NCBI GenBank assembly: GCA_041746255.1
Contig: JBGTHM010000016.1
Span: 1-36,960, forward strand
DNA: 36,960 nt
Origin: Fibrobacteria bacterium
GTDB taxonomy: Bacteria; Fibrobacterota; Fibrobacteria; UBA11236
Reading direction: 5' to 3'
Numbering within the stretch: the first letter of the stretch is position 1; each line of letters starts with the position of its first letter. The notes beneath the pieces are model-generated. The model did no database searches. It was not told where the DNA came from and was given only the letters and a program-made list of their open reading frames with translations. Below, in pieces: positions 17,306-27,407 of this stretch. A program made the translations under genes and the position numbers.

Positions 17306-18019
17306 GTGATGGGTTTGCGGGTCTGGATTCCGGCTGTATGTCTCTTAGCGGTCCTGTTGGCCGGGTGCGAGCGAACCGCCGGAACCGAGGTCGGCAATCC
17401 CAATGAGGTGGTGGTGACGGCTGCGTTCTCCGTACAACAACCCTGGGATGAAGCGTATATGCGGAACTTCACTTTGAGCGTGTTGTGTGTCCGCTATACC
17501 ACCCAATCGAACCGGACCGGGGAGTTGTGGGCGACTCCAGATGGCAGGATTGTGGATTTACTGGAAGGCGGCGCTTCCACATTGCCCGCGCAAAAGGCGG
17601 AGGGCGGGTGGACCTTTGCCGAACTCAGTTTGGCGGCGCCCGGGGAGGGCCCGGCCTGGTCGGATACGTTGAGTTTCGAGGATTTTACCGGTTCCCGTTA
17701 CATCAAGGCCGGTTATGGCAAAGATTCCCTGCCCGATTTTTTGATCGAGCTTCCGAACGACCTGCAGTACAAATTTACGTTCGACTCGCAGCGGCTTGAT
17801 GGCTGGTTACGGAACGATTCTTTACATATGACGATTGCCTTCGATTGCGGTAAGTGGCTTAAAGGCGTGGATTTCTCGGCTGCCGCGCGGAGCAAGGACG
17901 GTACCGGACGCGAGTTCGTCATGCTGTCGCCGCGGGACAATGTCGAATTGCATACCGAGCTGCTACGGAAATTGCCGGAAGGTTTTGATGCCGACGGGTA
18001 TATGGAAGTGGAACCTTGA
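17306..18019 (+). CDS. Lipoprotein of unknown function
   Basis: Lipobox LAGC (Cys codon at 17366) followed by ERTAGTEVGNP. Start is GTG 17306 or ATG 17309. Confidence 0.8.
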   Translation: MMGLRVWIPAVCLLAVLLAGCERTAGTEVGNPNEVVVTAAFSVQQPWDEAYMRNFTLSVLCVRYTTQSNRTGELWATPDGRIVDLLEGGASTLPAQKAEGGWTFAELSLAAPGEGPAWSDTLSFEDFTGSRYIKAGYGKDSLPDFLIELPNDLQYKFTFDSQRLDGWLRNDSLHMTIAFDCGKWLKGVDFSAAARSKDGTGREFVMLSPRDNVELHTELLRKLPEGFDADGYMEVEP

Positions 18020-18042
18020 ATCGGGATGAATCAAATCAATTC

Positions 18043-18072
18043 AGAAAGGCGCGAAGCTTTCCGTACCGCGCC
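18043..18072 (-). terminator. Possible terminator downstream of lpdA
   Basis: GGCGCG/CGCGCC stem (18048-18072) followed by TTTCT on the minus strand, between convergent genes. Confidence 0.35.
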
Positions 18073-18079
18073 GAAAACC

Positions 18080-19477
18080 TCATAGATTAAGGGTTCGCCC
18101 GTGAACCGCCAGGGCGGCTTCCTTTATGGATTCGGCAAGCGTGGGATGCGCGTGACTGGTACGCGCCAAATCCTCGCTGCTGGCCCCGAATTCAATGGCG
18201 ACCGCGGCTTCGGCGATGAGGTCGCCCGCGCGGGCCCCGACGATATGCACGCCCAGTATCCTATCGGTTTCCGCATGCGCCAGAATTCGAACCTTGCCTT
18301 CGGTTTGTCCCATGCATTTGGCCCGGCCGTTGGCTATCATCGGAAACACGCCCTTCTTGAAGGGAATGCCCGCTTCTTCCAGTTGTTCCTGGGTTTTGCC
18401 CACCGATGCCACCTCGGGGTTGGTATAGACTACGCTGGGGATGGCGTCATAATTCACTTCACCATGCCCCGTCACGATTTTTTCCACGCAGGCGACGCCT
18501 TCTTCTTCGGCTTTATGCGCGAGCATGGCGCCGGGTATCACATCGCCGATGGCGTAAATACCTGGCGTGACGGTAGCGAAATTTTCATCCACGGGTATAC
18601 GTCCGCGATTATCGGTGGTAATCCCCACCGACTCCAATCCCAAGCCTTCGGTATTGGGGGTGCGCCCCACCGATAATAGCACGCGGTCGCAGTGAATGGG
18701 ATCCGACCCTTCGCATTCCACCACGCAGCCTTTTTTGTCGGCTTTGGCCGATTTCACACGCGCACCCAATTTGAATTCCAGGCCCTGCCGCGATAAAATT
18801 CTCTGTGTGTCGGCCGCGGTCTCCTTATCCATACCCGGCAATATCCGGTTCAAATATTCGAGCACGGTGACTTTCGCGCCCAGTCGGCTCCAGACGGATC
18901 CTAATTCGAGGCCGATGGCGCCGGCGCCGATAACCACCAGGTGACCGGGAACCTCCGAATAGTTCAAAGCGTCGGTGCTGGTACCGATGCGGTTTCCGTC
19001 CAATTCCACCCCGGGAAGTATGGAGGATACGCTTCCGGTGGCTATGATGATATGCGGTGCTTGCAGCAGGGTGGTTTGGGGCTCCCCGGATTCGGTGCGG
19101 CTTTCGACGGAAACTTTACCGGGGCCGACCAGCTTGCCTCGCCCCAAGTAGCGGGTAACGCCGGCTTTTTTAAACAGGGCTGCGACGCCGCGGGTGAGGG
19201 TCGATACGACGTCATCCTTCCGTTTGAGCATGGCCTGGAGGTCGAGTTTGATGTCGCCGACGGAGATTCCGTGGCGGCCGAAGGATTCGCCCGCCTCGCG
19301 GAACAGTTCGCTGGACTCGAGCAATGCCTTGCTGGGAATGCAGCCCACGCGCAAACACGTGCCTCCGAGCGGACCTTCTTTTTCGATGCAGGCCACGTTG
19401 AGGCCGAGTTGCGCCGCGCGGATGGCGGCTATATACCCACCGGGCCCGGCGCCGATTACGATCAAATCATGTTCCAT
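18080..19477 (-). CDS. lpdA: Dihydrolipoyl dehydrogenase (E3)
   Basis: GAGPGGY, GGTCLRVGCIPSK, MLAHKAEEEG and HAHPTLAE. Confidence 0.97.
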   Translation of the reverse strand: MEHDLIVIGAGPGGYIAAIRAAQLGLNVACIEKEGPLGGTCLRVGCIPSKALLESSELFREAGESFGRHGISVGDIKLDLQAMLKRKDDVVSTLTRGVAALFKKAGVTRYLGRGKLVGPGKVSVESRTESGEPQTTLLQAPHIIIATGSVSSILPGVELDGNRIGTSTDALNYSEVPGHLVVIGAGAIGLELGSVWSRLGAKVTVLEYLNRILPGMDKETAADTQRILSRQGLEFKLGARVKSAKADKKGCVVECEGSDPIHCDRVLLSVGRTPNTEGLGLESVGITTDNRGRIPVDENFATVTPGIYAIGDVIPGAMLAHKAEEEGVACVEKIVTGHGEVNYDAIPSVVYTNPEVASVGKTQEQLEEAGIPFKKGVFPMIANGRAKCMGQTEGKVRILAHAETDRILGVHIVGARAGDLIAEAAVAIEFGASSEDLARTSHAHPTLAESIKEAALAVHGRTLNL

Positions 19478-20734
19478 TCAAACCTCCAGCAAAATGCGGG
19501 CGGGATCCTCGATGGATTCCTTCACCCGGCGGAGAAAGGTCACCGCTTCGCGTCCGTCGACCAGGCGATGGTCGTAGGTCAAAGCGACGTACATCATGGG
19601 ACGGATAACCACTTGGCCATCGCGGGCCATGGGTCGGTCCTGAATGGCGTGCATTCCAAGTATGCCGCTTTGCGGCGGATTGACGATGGGGGTGGAAAGC
19701 AGGGAACCGTAAACGCCTCCATTGGTTATGGTGAAGGTGCCGCCTTGTAATTCTTCCACCTTGAGGGAGTTCGCCTGCGCCCGCTTGGAATAATCGGCGA
19801 TGGCCTTTTCGATATGCGCCAGGCTCATGAGCTCGGCGTTTCGCAATACGGGAACCACCAGTCCGCGTCCGCCTCCGATAGCCACGCCGATATCGAAATA
19901 ATTGTGATAGACGATGTTACCGTCGCTGATGCGGGCATTGATTTGAGGAATCTCCTTCAAGGCTTCAATTACGGCGCGCACGAAGAACGACATGAATCCC
20001 AGCTTGATGGAGTATTTTTTCTGAAAGGCTTCTTGATGCCGCTTGCGCAATTCCATCACCGCGCCCATGTCGATTTCATTGAAGGTGGTGAGTAATGCGG
20101 CGGATTGTTGGGCATCGATAAGTCTTTCGGCGACCCGTCGGCGCAGCAGGGACATGGGAACCGCTTCTTCTTCCCGGCCGCCGCGCGAGGGCTTCGGGAC
20201 GGCGGGCGCAGCTTCAGCCGGAGTCGGTGACGCCGATGAGGGGGGAGCCTGGACCGTAGCGGATTGGCCCGGCTTCCCGGTTTCCTGGACATGCCGCAGG
20301 ACATCCTCTTTGAGCAACCGGTTACCCTTGCCGGTGGCGGCGATTTCATCCGCTTTCAGGTCGTATTCTTCCAGGGCGCGTTTGGCCGCGGGCATTACGA
20401 ATACGGATTGGCCCTTGGCTTTGTGAGAATCGCCCGAAGACGCACTTTCCTTGGTAGCTTCCTGAGTTCCGCCGGATTTCCCTCCCGAGTCCTCACCGCC
20501 CTCTTCCACATATCCGATAATTTCGCCAACCTTGGCCGGCTCACCGCGTTTTTTGGTGATCCGCGTCAGGATTCCGCTCACGGGCGAAGGCAGCTCGACG
20601 GTGGCTTTTTCGGTTTCGATGACTGCCAGGTTTTCGTCCTTCTCAACCCGGTCGCCCACAGACTTGAGCCAGTCGGCGATTTCCACTTCGGTGATGGACT
20701 CTCCCACCTTGGGTACTTTCAATTCCACGGACAT
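19478..20734 (-). CDS. sucB: 2-oxoglutarate dehydrogenase E2, dihydrolipoyllysine succinyltransferase
   Basis: Lipoyl domain ETEKAT, E3-binding domain, [10 protein letters not shown] and YDHRLVDG. Its stop abuts the lpdA ATG. Confidence 0.96.
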   Translation of the reverse strand: MSVELKVPKVGESITEVEIADWLKSVGDRVEKDENLAVIETEKATVELPSPVSGILTRITKKRGEPAKVGEIIGYVEEGGEDSGGKSGGTQEATKESASSGDSHKAKGQSVFVMPAAKRALEEYDLKADEIAATGKGNRLLKEDVLRHVQETGKPGQSATVQAPPSSASPTPAEAAPAVPKPSRGGREEEAVPMSLLRRRVAERLIDAQQSAALLTTFNEIDMGAVMELRKRHQEAFQKKYSIKLGFMSFFVRAVIEALKEIPQINARISDGNIVYHNYFDIGVAIGGGRGLVVPVLRNAELMSLAHIEKAIADYSKRAQANSLKVEELQGGTFTITNGGVYGSLLSTPIVNPPQSGILGMHAIQDRPMARDGQVVIRPMMYVALTYDHRLVDGREAVTFLRRVKESIEDPARILLEV

Positions 20735-20841
20735 ACAGGGCTCTCCTTGGATGGATGGGGCGGCGATGCTCCACTTTGGAGTCCGCTACCGGTTAAATAT
20801 TAAAATAACTGAGGTCATGAACGAAAGGAGGAAAAGCTTTC

Positions 20842-23718
20842 TCAGCTTACCGCCTTCCGCCGTTGCAGTATTTTGGCCGATACGTGTAAGCTATCTTCTT
20901 CAAAGGCGTCTGCAAGCAATTGCCGCTGTTCCAGGCGGTGGCTATTTGCCGACCCCGTGGCCGGGCTCGAGGAGGCGGCCCGATAGATACCCGAAAACGG
21001 ATGGCGGCCCAAAATGGATTCGCCTAAGCGGATGCGGAGATAGCGCCAGGCGCCCATGTTTTCCGGTTCTTCCTGCACCCAAACCACGGGCGTTCCGGAG
21101 GCATAAGGAGCGAGCGCTTCCTCAAGGAAATTATTGTAAAGGGGGTAGATTTGCTCCAACCTAAGAATGGCGATATCTTCCCGACCGGAATTTTCGCGTT
21201 CTTCTTCCAACTCGTAATAAATTTTTCCGCTGCAAAGCAATATCCGCTCCGTGCTCCGTTTCGCGGCGACACGGACATCGGGAAGGATACGTTTGAAAGT
21301 GCCCTGCGTCAGGTCTTCCAGTGTGGACGTGGCGCGGGCATGGCGAAGCAGGCTTTTGGGCGTCATCATGATCAGGGGTTTGCGCCAAGGGCGCAGCACC
21401 TGCCTGCGCAGACTATGAAAGTATTGCGCGGGGGTGGTGGGATTCAATACCTGGATATTGTCATCGGCGGCCAAAGTCAGGAAGCGTTCCAGGCGCGCGC
21501 TGGAATGCTCGGGCCCCATGCCTTCGAATCCATGCGGCAGCAGTAGCACCAGTCCCGAAAGCCGCTTCCATTTGTCTTCGGCCGAGGCGATGAATTGATC
21601 GACGATGACCTGCGCGGCGTTGATGAAATCCCCGAACTGGGCCTCCCAGAGAATCAGCCCGCCGGGACAATCGTGGCTGTAACCATATTCGAATCCCAAA
21701 ATTCCGGTTTCGGTAAGCGGACTGTTGACTATTTCCACAGCCGCCTGCTCGGGCGAAAGGTTTTGCAGGGGAGTATGGGCATGTCCGTCTTCGATATCGT
21801 AGAGGACGGCATGACGCTGGCTGAAGGTTCCGCGCGCGCTGTCTTGCCCACTAAGGCGGATACGCACACCTTCCGCGGCTAGGCTGGCGAAGGCCAAGGA
21901 CTCTGCCGTCGCCCAATCCAAAGGCCGCAGACCTTTACCCATCTCAGCCCGGGTTTCCAGGAGCTTTAAAACTTTAGGATGCGGCTGGAAGGTATGGGGC
22001 AAGGTCGTAAGACGCTCCATCAGGTCGGCGAGTTTTTCCAGAGGCATACCCGTATCCACATCTGCCACAGACGGTTCCGGACCGCCCTGAAAACCCTTCC
22101 AAACGCGGCTCGGGCCTTCCTTGGAGCGTTTGAATTGCTTTTGGCGGGCGAGGGTGAGGGCCTCTTCCAATTGTTCGGTGCGTTTGGCGGCGATTTTGTC
22201 CGCCTCTTCGCGCGTGACTCCGCCCAATTTGAGCAAATGCTCGAGATAGCCCTCGCGAACGGATTTGCGCTGCCGGATGGTGCGGTAAAGCACGGGCTGG
22301 GTGAATGCCGGTTCGTCGCCTTCGTTGTGTCCGCGGCGGCGATATCCGTACATGTCGATGACCACGTCGCGCTTGAAGGTCATGCGGAAATCCATTGCCA
22401 GACGCACGACCTGGGCCACGGCCTCGGGATCCTCCCCGTTCACATGGAAAATCGGGATTTGCAACATCTTGGCCACATCGCTGGCATAGGTAGTCGAGCG
22501 GGCCTCGTCGGGACCGGTGGTGAAGCCGATTTGATTGTTGACGATGACGTGCAGAGTGCCGCCGGTGGTATAGCCCGGCAATTCACTCATGTTAAGGATT
22601 TCCTGCATCACGCCTTCACCCGCGAAGGCGGCGTCGCCGTGAATGAGCAGGCACATGCCCTTAACCCGCCGCGAGTCGTTGACCCGGTCCTGTTTTGCGC
22701 GCAACCTGCCCTGAGCCACGGGGTTCACATATTCGAGATGGCTGGGGTTGAAGCAAAGGGACAAGTGGATTTTGTGTCCGTTGGCCGCTTCCCAATTATT
22801 AGTGTAACCCAGATGGTACTTGACGTCTCCCCGGCCCAGGTGGAGCTCAGGGTCTGGGTCTTCGAACTCATGGAAAACGTCGCGCGGACTTTTTCCCATG
22901 ATATTGACGAGAACGTTGAGTCTGCCGCGGTGGGCCATTGCCAGGACCACATCGTCGATTTCCTGTTCGCCCGCCATCTCCAAGGCTAGGGACAACAACG
23001 GAATGAGACTTTCCGAACCTTCCAGCGAAAAGCTTTTGGCGCCGAGGTATTTCTTTTGAATGAACTCTTCCAATAGGACGGCGTCGGTGAGTCGCGTAAG
23101 GATGTCGATTTGTTGGCGGCGGGAGAGGTGGATGCGGTTTTCGCAGCCCTCCATGCGTTCCTGCAACCACTTACGCACTTCCGGGTCGTCGATATGCATG
23201 AACTGAACGCCGATGGATCGGCAATAGGTGTCTTGCAAACGCCTCAGCATTTCGCGCAGAGTCGAGACTTCGGGTCCTTGAATGGTATTGCTGGAGAAGG
23301 AACGGTCCAGGTCGTTTTCGGTCAGCCCGAAATTGGCGGGCTCGATTTCGGGAAGGGAGGGCTTGGGTATGCCCAACGGATCGATACGGGCGATGAGGTG
23401 GCCCCGTACGCGATAAGCCCGAATGAGCTGATCCACTCTATCCTGCAAGGCGGCTACTTGGCCTTCGCGGGCCTCCATGACGGTTGCCGACTGACCGGCG
23501 GATCTCGGGTTGAACAATGTCCCGGGCTTTAAGCGAGGCCCCATCGTCGCGGCGGGTTCGGGAGTTCCCAATTTGTCGAAATAGGCGCGCCAATCTTCGG
23601 ACACCGATTGCCGGTCGGCCCAGTATTGGGCGTATAACCCTTCGATGAAGGCCAGATTCATGCCGTTGGGTTCGAATCCGGGCTGTCCGGAATCATGCGG
23701 GTGGGCGGATCGGATCAT
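20842..23718 (-). CDS. sucA: 2-oxoglutarate dehydrogenase E1
   Basis: MAHRGRLN, GDVKYHLG, HGDAAFAGEG (TPP motif), WEAQFGDF and GPEHSSAR. Confidence 0.97.
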   Translation of the reverse strand: MIRSAHPHDSGQPGFEPNGMNLAFIEGLYAQYWADRQSVSEDWRAYFDKLGTPEPAATMGPRLKPGTLFNPRSAGQSATVMEAREGQVAALQDRVDQLIRAYRVRGHLIARIDPLGIPKPSLPEIEPANFGLTENDLDRSFSSNTIQGPEVSTLREMLRRLQDTYCRSIGVQFMHIDDPEVRKWLQERMEGCENRIHLSRRQQIDILTRLTDAVLLEEFIQKKYLGAKSFSLEGSESLIPLLSLALEMAGEQEIDDVVLAMAHRGRLNVLVNIMGKSPRDVFHEFEDPDPELHLGRGDVKYHLGYTNNWEAANGHKIHLSLCFNPSHLEYVNPVAQGRLRAKQDRVNDSRRVKGMCLLIHGDAAFAGEGVMQEILNMSELPGYTTGGTLHVIVNNQIGFTTGPDEARSTTYASDVAKMLQIPIFHVNGEDPEAVAQVVRLAMDFRMTFKRDVVIDMYGYRRRGHNEGDEPAFTQPVLYRTIRQRKSVREGYLEHLLKLGGVTREEADKIAAKRTEQLEEALTLARQKQFKRSKEGPSRVWKGFQGGPEPSVADVDTGMPLEKLADLMERLTTLPHTFQPHPKVLKLLETRAEMGKGLRPLDWATAESLAFASLAAEGVRIRLSGQDSARGTFSQRHAVLYDIEDGHAHTPLQNLSPEQAAVEIVNSPLTETGILGFEYGYSHDCPGGLILWEAQFGDFINAAQVIVDQFIASAEDKWKRLSGLVLLLPHGFEGMGPEHSSARLERFLTLAADDNIQVLNPTTPAQYFHSLRRQVLRPWRKPLIMMTPKSLLRHARATSTLEDLTQGTFKRILPDVRVAAKRSTERILLCSGKIYYELEEERENSGREDIAILRLEQIYPLYNNFLEEALAPYASGTPVVWVQEEPENMGAWRYLRIRLGESILGRHPFSGIYRAASSSPATGSANSHRLEQRQLLADAFEEDSLHVSAKILQRRKAVS

Positions 23719-23980
23719 ACTGTATTTCCACGGCGCGACGAAAGATCCACTTCCATCGTCGACTGTTTTTCCGCTAAAAACTCCCTTTATAAAAAGTATA
23801 CACTATGGCCCCCCATGCGAGAATCGAAAAAGCGGTTTTAGGGTGGGTACAAGCAAAAAATACAAACCGTAGGCTCGTATCGAAATCCCCAGCATCGAGG
23901 GAAGGAGAGATGGAATAGGGAACCGCATGAGAGGTCGATTTCCCTTTTGCGGGGGGTGGAATTTTTTTTTCTTGCTGGGC

Positions 23981-25987
23981 ATGGCGGATCCATCCCAGCC
24001 CCTAAGTGTTTCGCGAAAACTGATTAAATCGCATCTGATATCGGGGGAAATGCAGCCCGGGGCCGAAATCTCCTTGCGCGTGGACCAGACCTTGACCCAG
24101 GACGCCACCGGCAGCATGGTCATGTTGGAGTTGGAATCCATGGGGTTGGACCGGGTGAAAACGGAAGTCTCGGTGCAATATGTGGATCATAACCTGCTGC
24201 AAACCGATTATAAGAATGCGGACGATCACCTTTTCCTCCGTTCCGCCTGTAAGCGATTCGGAATTTGGTATAGCAGACCGGGAAACGGAGTCAGCCATCC
24301 TGTGCACATGGAACGCTTCGGCATTCCCGGAAAAACCCTGCTGGGGTCCGACAGCCATACCCCCGCCGCCGGCTCTTTGGGCATGTTGGCGTTGGGTTCG
24401 GGAGGCGTCGAGGTGGCTTTCGCGATGGCAGGTGAGCCGGTGTATCTGAACATGCCCCGTATCCTCGGGGTGAAACTTGTCGGGTCGCTTCCCGCTTGGG
24501 TAAGCGCCAAAGACGTCGTGTTGGAAATGTTGCGACGGTACGATGTCAAAGGGTGCAAGGACATGATAATCGAGTATCATGGGCCGGGATTGAAGCACCT
24601 TTCCGCAATGGACAGGCATGTCATAGCCAATATGGGTACCGAATTGGGAGCGACCACCACGGTTTTTCCTTCCGATGTCGAAACCCGCCGCTTTTTGCAA
24701 GCACAGCGGAGGGAGGCGGATTGGGTGGAGTTGTTGCCGGACAAGGGCGCCCGCTACGACTTGCTGGACGAGATTGATCTTTCGGGTCTGGAGCCGCTTA
24801 TCGCGCTTCCCAGCAGTCCAGGTCATGTGGTCAAGGTGCGGGAAGTGGAAGGAAGGCCCATTTACCAATCCTATGTGGGATCCTCGGCCAATCCAGGGCT
24901 GCGCGATTTTTGGATATGCGCCCAAATGGTCCAAGATAAGCAGATCCATTCCGCTGTCTCATTCGATGTCAATCCCACTTCGCGCCAAATCATCCAAAAT
25001 CTGGCCGAGATGGGCGCCTTCCAGGACTTGATTCGCGCCGGGGCGCGCTTTCACCAGGCCGGTTGTAACGGATGTATCGGCATGGGCCAGGCTCCGGCCA
25101 GCGGTCGCATCAGCCTACGCACCGTGCCGCGCAATTTTCCCGGCCGCTCGGGCACTCAGGAAGACAGCGTTTACCTTTGCAGCCCCGAGACCGCCACGGC
25201 TTCAGCCTTGACGGGAAGGATTACCGATCCCCGGGATATGCAAAACCTCTACGGGATGGATTACCCCCGTTACCGCCATCCGCGTCGCGAAGTCATCAAT
25301 ACGGAAATGTTGTTGGGCCCGGTTCAAGAGCTGGAGCGAACCCAATTGGAAAAGGGCCCCAATATCAAATCATTACCCGAATTCGCTCCGATAATCGATG
25401 CCTTCCGGGTACCCGTTTTGCTGAAAATGGGGGATAACATTTCGACGGATGAGATTTTAAGGGCGGGAGCGGAGGCGTTGCCCTTTCGCAGCAATATCCC
25501 TCGCATCAGCCATTTCGCCTATAACTCTCTCGATCCCGAATTCCACATCCGTGCCCGCAAGGTTGAGCAGGAATTCGGCGGCCATGTGGTGGTGTCCGGC
25601 GAGAATTACGCTCAGGGTTCCAGCCGGGAACATGCGGCCATGGCGCCTCGGTATCTGGGGCAAATCGCGGTGCTGGCCAAGGGATTCGCGCGCATCGGTT
25701 GGCAGAATCTTATCAATTTCGGAATTCTACCCTTGGAATTCGCAAGCCCCGACGACTACGACGAATTAAATTCCGGTGACATCCTCTCCGCCTCCGGTAT
25801 CCGTTCCAGCCTGGAGAACCACAACCCTATATCGGTATACAATGAAACCCGGGACAGCGAATACCGAATGAGGTATCATTTAAGTAACCGGCAAATCGAG
25901 CTCATCCTGGTTGGAGGAGTAGTCAATTATTTCAAGCTCAAGGCCGGGCAATTGGAGGGCGTGGCGACCGGCCTGCTGGAGTCGTAA
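23981..25987 (+). CDS. Aconitate hydratase (compact type, about 670 aa)
   Basis: [31 protein letters not shown] and [11 protein letters not shown] at 23981. Confidence 0.9.
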   Translation: MADPSQPLSVSRKLIKSHLISGEMQPGAEISLRVDQTLTQDATGSMVMLELESMGLDRVKTEVSVQYVDHNLLQTDYKNADDHLFLRSACKRFGIWYSRPGNGVSHPVHMERFGIPGKTLLGSDSHTPAAGSLGMLALGSGGVEVAFAMAGEPVYLNMPRILGVKLVGSLPAWVSAKDVVLEMLRRYDVKGCKDMIIEYHGPGLKHLSAMDRHVIANMGTELGATTTVFPSDVETRRFLQAQRREADWVELLPDKGARYDLLDEIDLSGLEPLIALPSSPGHVVKVREVEGRPIYQSYVGSSANPGLRDFWICAQMVQDKQIHSAVSFDVNPTSRQIIQNLAEMGAFQDLIRAGARFHQAGCNGCIGMGQAPASGRISLRTVPRNFPGRSGTQEDSVYLCSPETATASALTGRITDPRDMQNLYGMDYPRYRHPRREVINTEMLLGPVQELERTQLEKGPNIKSLPEFAPIIDAFRVPVLLKMGDNISTDEILRAGAEALPFRSNIPRISHFAYNSLDPEFHIRARKVEQEFGGHVVVSGENYAQGSSREHAAMAPRYLGQIAVLAKGFARIGWQNLINFGILPLEFASPDDYDELNSGDILSASGIRSSLENHNPISVYNETRDSEYRMRYHLSNRQIELILVGGVVNYFKLKAGQLEGVATGLLES

Positions 25988-26013
25988 GTTCTCCCTGCCG
26001 TTGGGCGGAGGTT

Positions 26014-26364
26014 ATGGCGAAGATCGTATTGCCGGAATCGGAAGAAAAGTTGCTGGAGCAATGCGAAGTGGAAACTTTCCGCGCTTCGGGCAAAGGCGGC
26101 CAGCATGTGAATAAAACCAATAGTGCGGTCCGATTGCGCCACCTCCCTACCGGCATAACCGTAACGGCGCAAGAAGAGCGCAGCCAATATCGCAACAAAC
26201 TTATCTGTCTGGAAAAAATCCGGGAACAGGTGGCGCGCCTGAATTACCGGGCTCCCAAGCGTGTCCGTACCCGCAAACCCCTGGGTGCGCAGAAAAGGGA
26301 AATGAAAGCCAAGCAAATGATCTCGGAAAAGAAGAAACTGCGCGGTAAGCCTCCGTCCGATTGA
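26014..26364 (+). CDS. GGQ peptidyl-tRNA hydrolase, ArfB-like ribosome rescue factor
   Basis: [28 protein letters not shown] and a basic C-terminal tail. No codon-recognition domain. Confidence 0.85.
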   Translation: MAKIVLPESEEKLLEQCEVETFRASGKGGQHVNKTNSAVRLRHLPTGITVTAQEERSQYRNKLICLEKIREQVARLNYRAPKRVRTRKPLGAQKREMKAKQMISEKKKLRGKPPSD

Positions 26365-26598
26365 GACACTTCGATTTGGCCGAGATTGCTTCGGTACCCC
26401 GCTTCACAACAATCTGTAAACGATCTCCGTACAAAATGTGGAAAACCAGACGTTTTCAATAGTTATAAACAGAATAACCACAGGTTTTAAGGGTTTTGAG
26501 CGGTTTTTGTTTGTAAATCGTTGAAAAATTGTCACTCAAACTTAGTGCTTTTTCTCCGGGAATGCGTGATAATTGACTTCACAAACCGAGTCAATTGC

Positions 26599-27357
26599 AT
26601 GTTTTTTTCACACCAAATTGAAAACCTCAAAACCGACCTCTGGAAACCGGAGAGTCTGCAACTCGATCCGGAGTTGGCGTTTTGGATTACCATGGCGGAA
26701 AGGTACGGGCGGACCGTGCTGGAATTGGGCACCGGAACCGGACGCATTGCTGAGGCCTTGTCCAAAGCCGGGTGTAGCGTCACTGGAATGGAAGCCTCCA
26801 GTACCTTGATTTGGGAGGCGCGCAAGCGTGGCCAAAGGCATGAACCCATGGCCGACTGGGTGCAGGGAGATATCCGGAAATTCAATCTCGGCCGACGCTA
26901 CGAATTGGTTCTTATGCCCCACAATGCCATCTCGCATTTTCTAGACGAGCATTCGCTGGAAGATTGTCTGGCATCCGTTCGCAGCCATTTGGCGGAAGGC
27001 GGACGGTTTATCGTGGACGCTTTCTGCCCTACGTTGGATTGGTTGACCCGGGAAGACGGAGTGAAGCGGCCGGTATTGGAATATCAAGATCAAAATTGGA
27101 AAGGCCGGGTTGCCATCAGTCAGAGCCGGAATTTCAATAGAATCCACCGCACTTCGACCGTCCGCACATTTTTCCGGTTCCCCGGCCGCGATGAAGAACT
27201 CATTGAAGAGGCGGAATCGCGCTTGTACTTCCAGGGTGAGTTGTCGTCCATGCTGCAAAACCACGGGTTTACCGTCGAAGCGGAATATTCCGATTACGGA
27301 TTGGCAACGCCCCAGCTGGACTCCCCCCGGCAATTGCTGGTCTGCTCCCCGTATTAA
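26599..27357 (+). CDS. Class I SAM-dependent methyltransferase
   Basis: VLELGTGTGRI, QGDIR and HLAEGGRFIVD. ATG at 26599 preferred over TTG at 26521. Confidence 0.88.
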   Translation: MFFSHQIENLKTDLWKPESLQLDPELAFWITMAERYGRTVLELGTGTGRIAEALSKAGCSVTGMEASSTLIWEARKRGQRHEPMADWVQGDIRKFNLGRRYELVLMPHNAISHFLDEHSLEDCLASVRSHLAEGGRFIVDAFCPTLDWLTREDGVKRPVLEYQDQNWKGRVAISQSRNFNRIHRTSTVRTFFRFPGRDEELIEEAESRLYFQGELSSMLQNHGFTVEAEYSDYGLATPQLDSPRQLLVCSPY

Positions 27358-27407
27358 GCGTGGGTTGCTTTCCATTCAGTTCCCTCTAATTGGTTAAATT
27401 CTACCCC

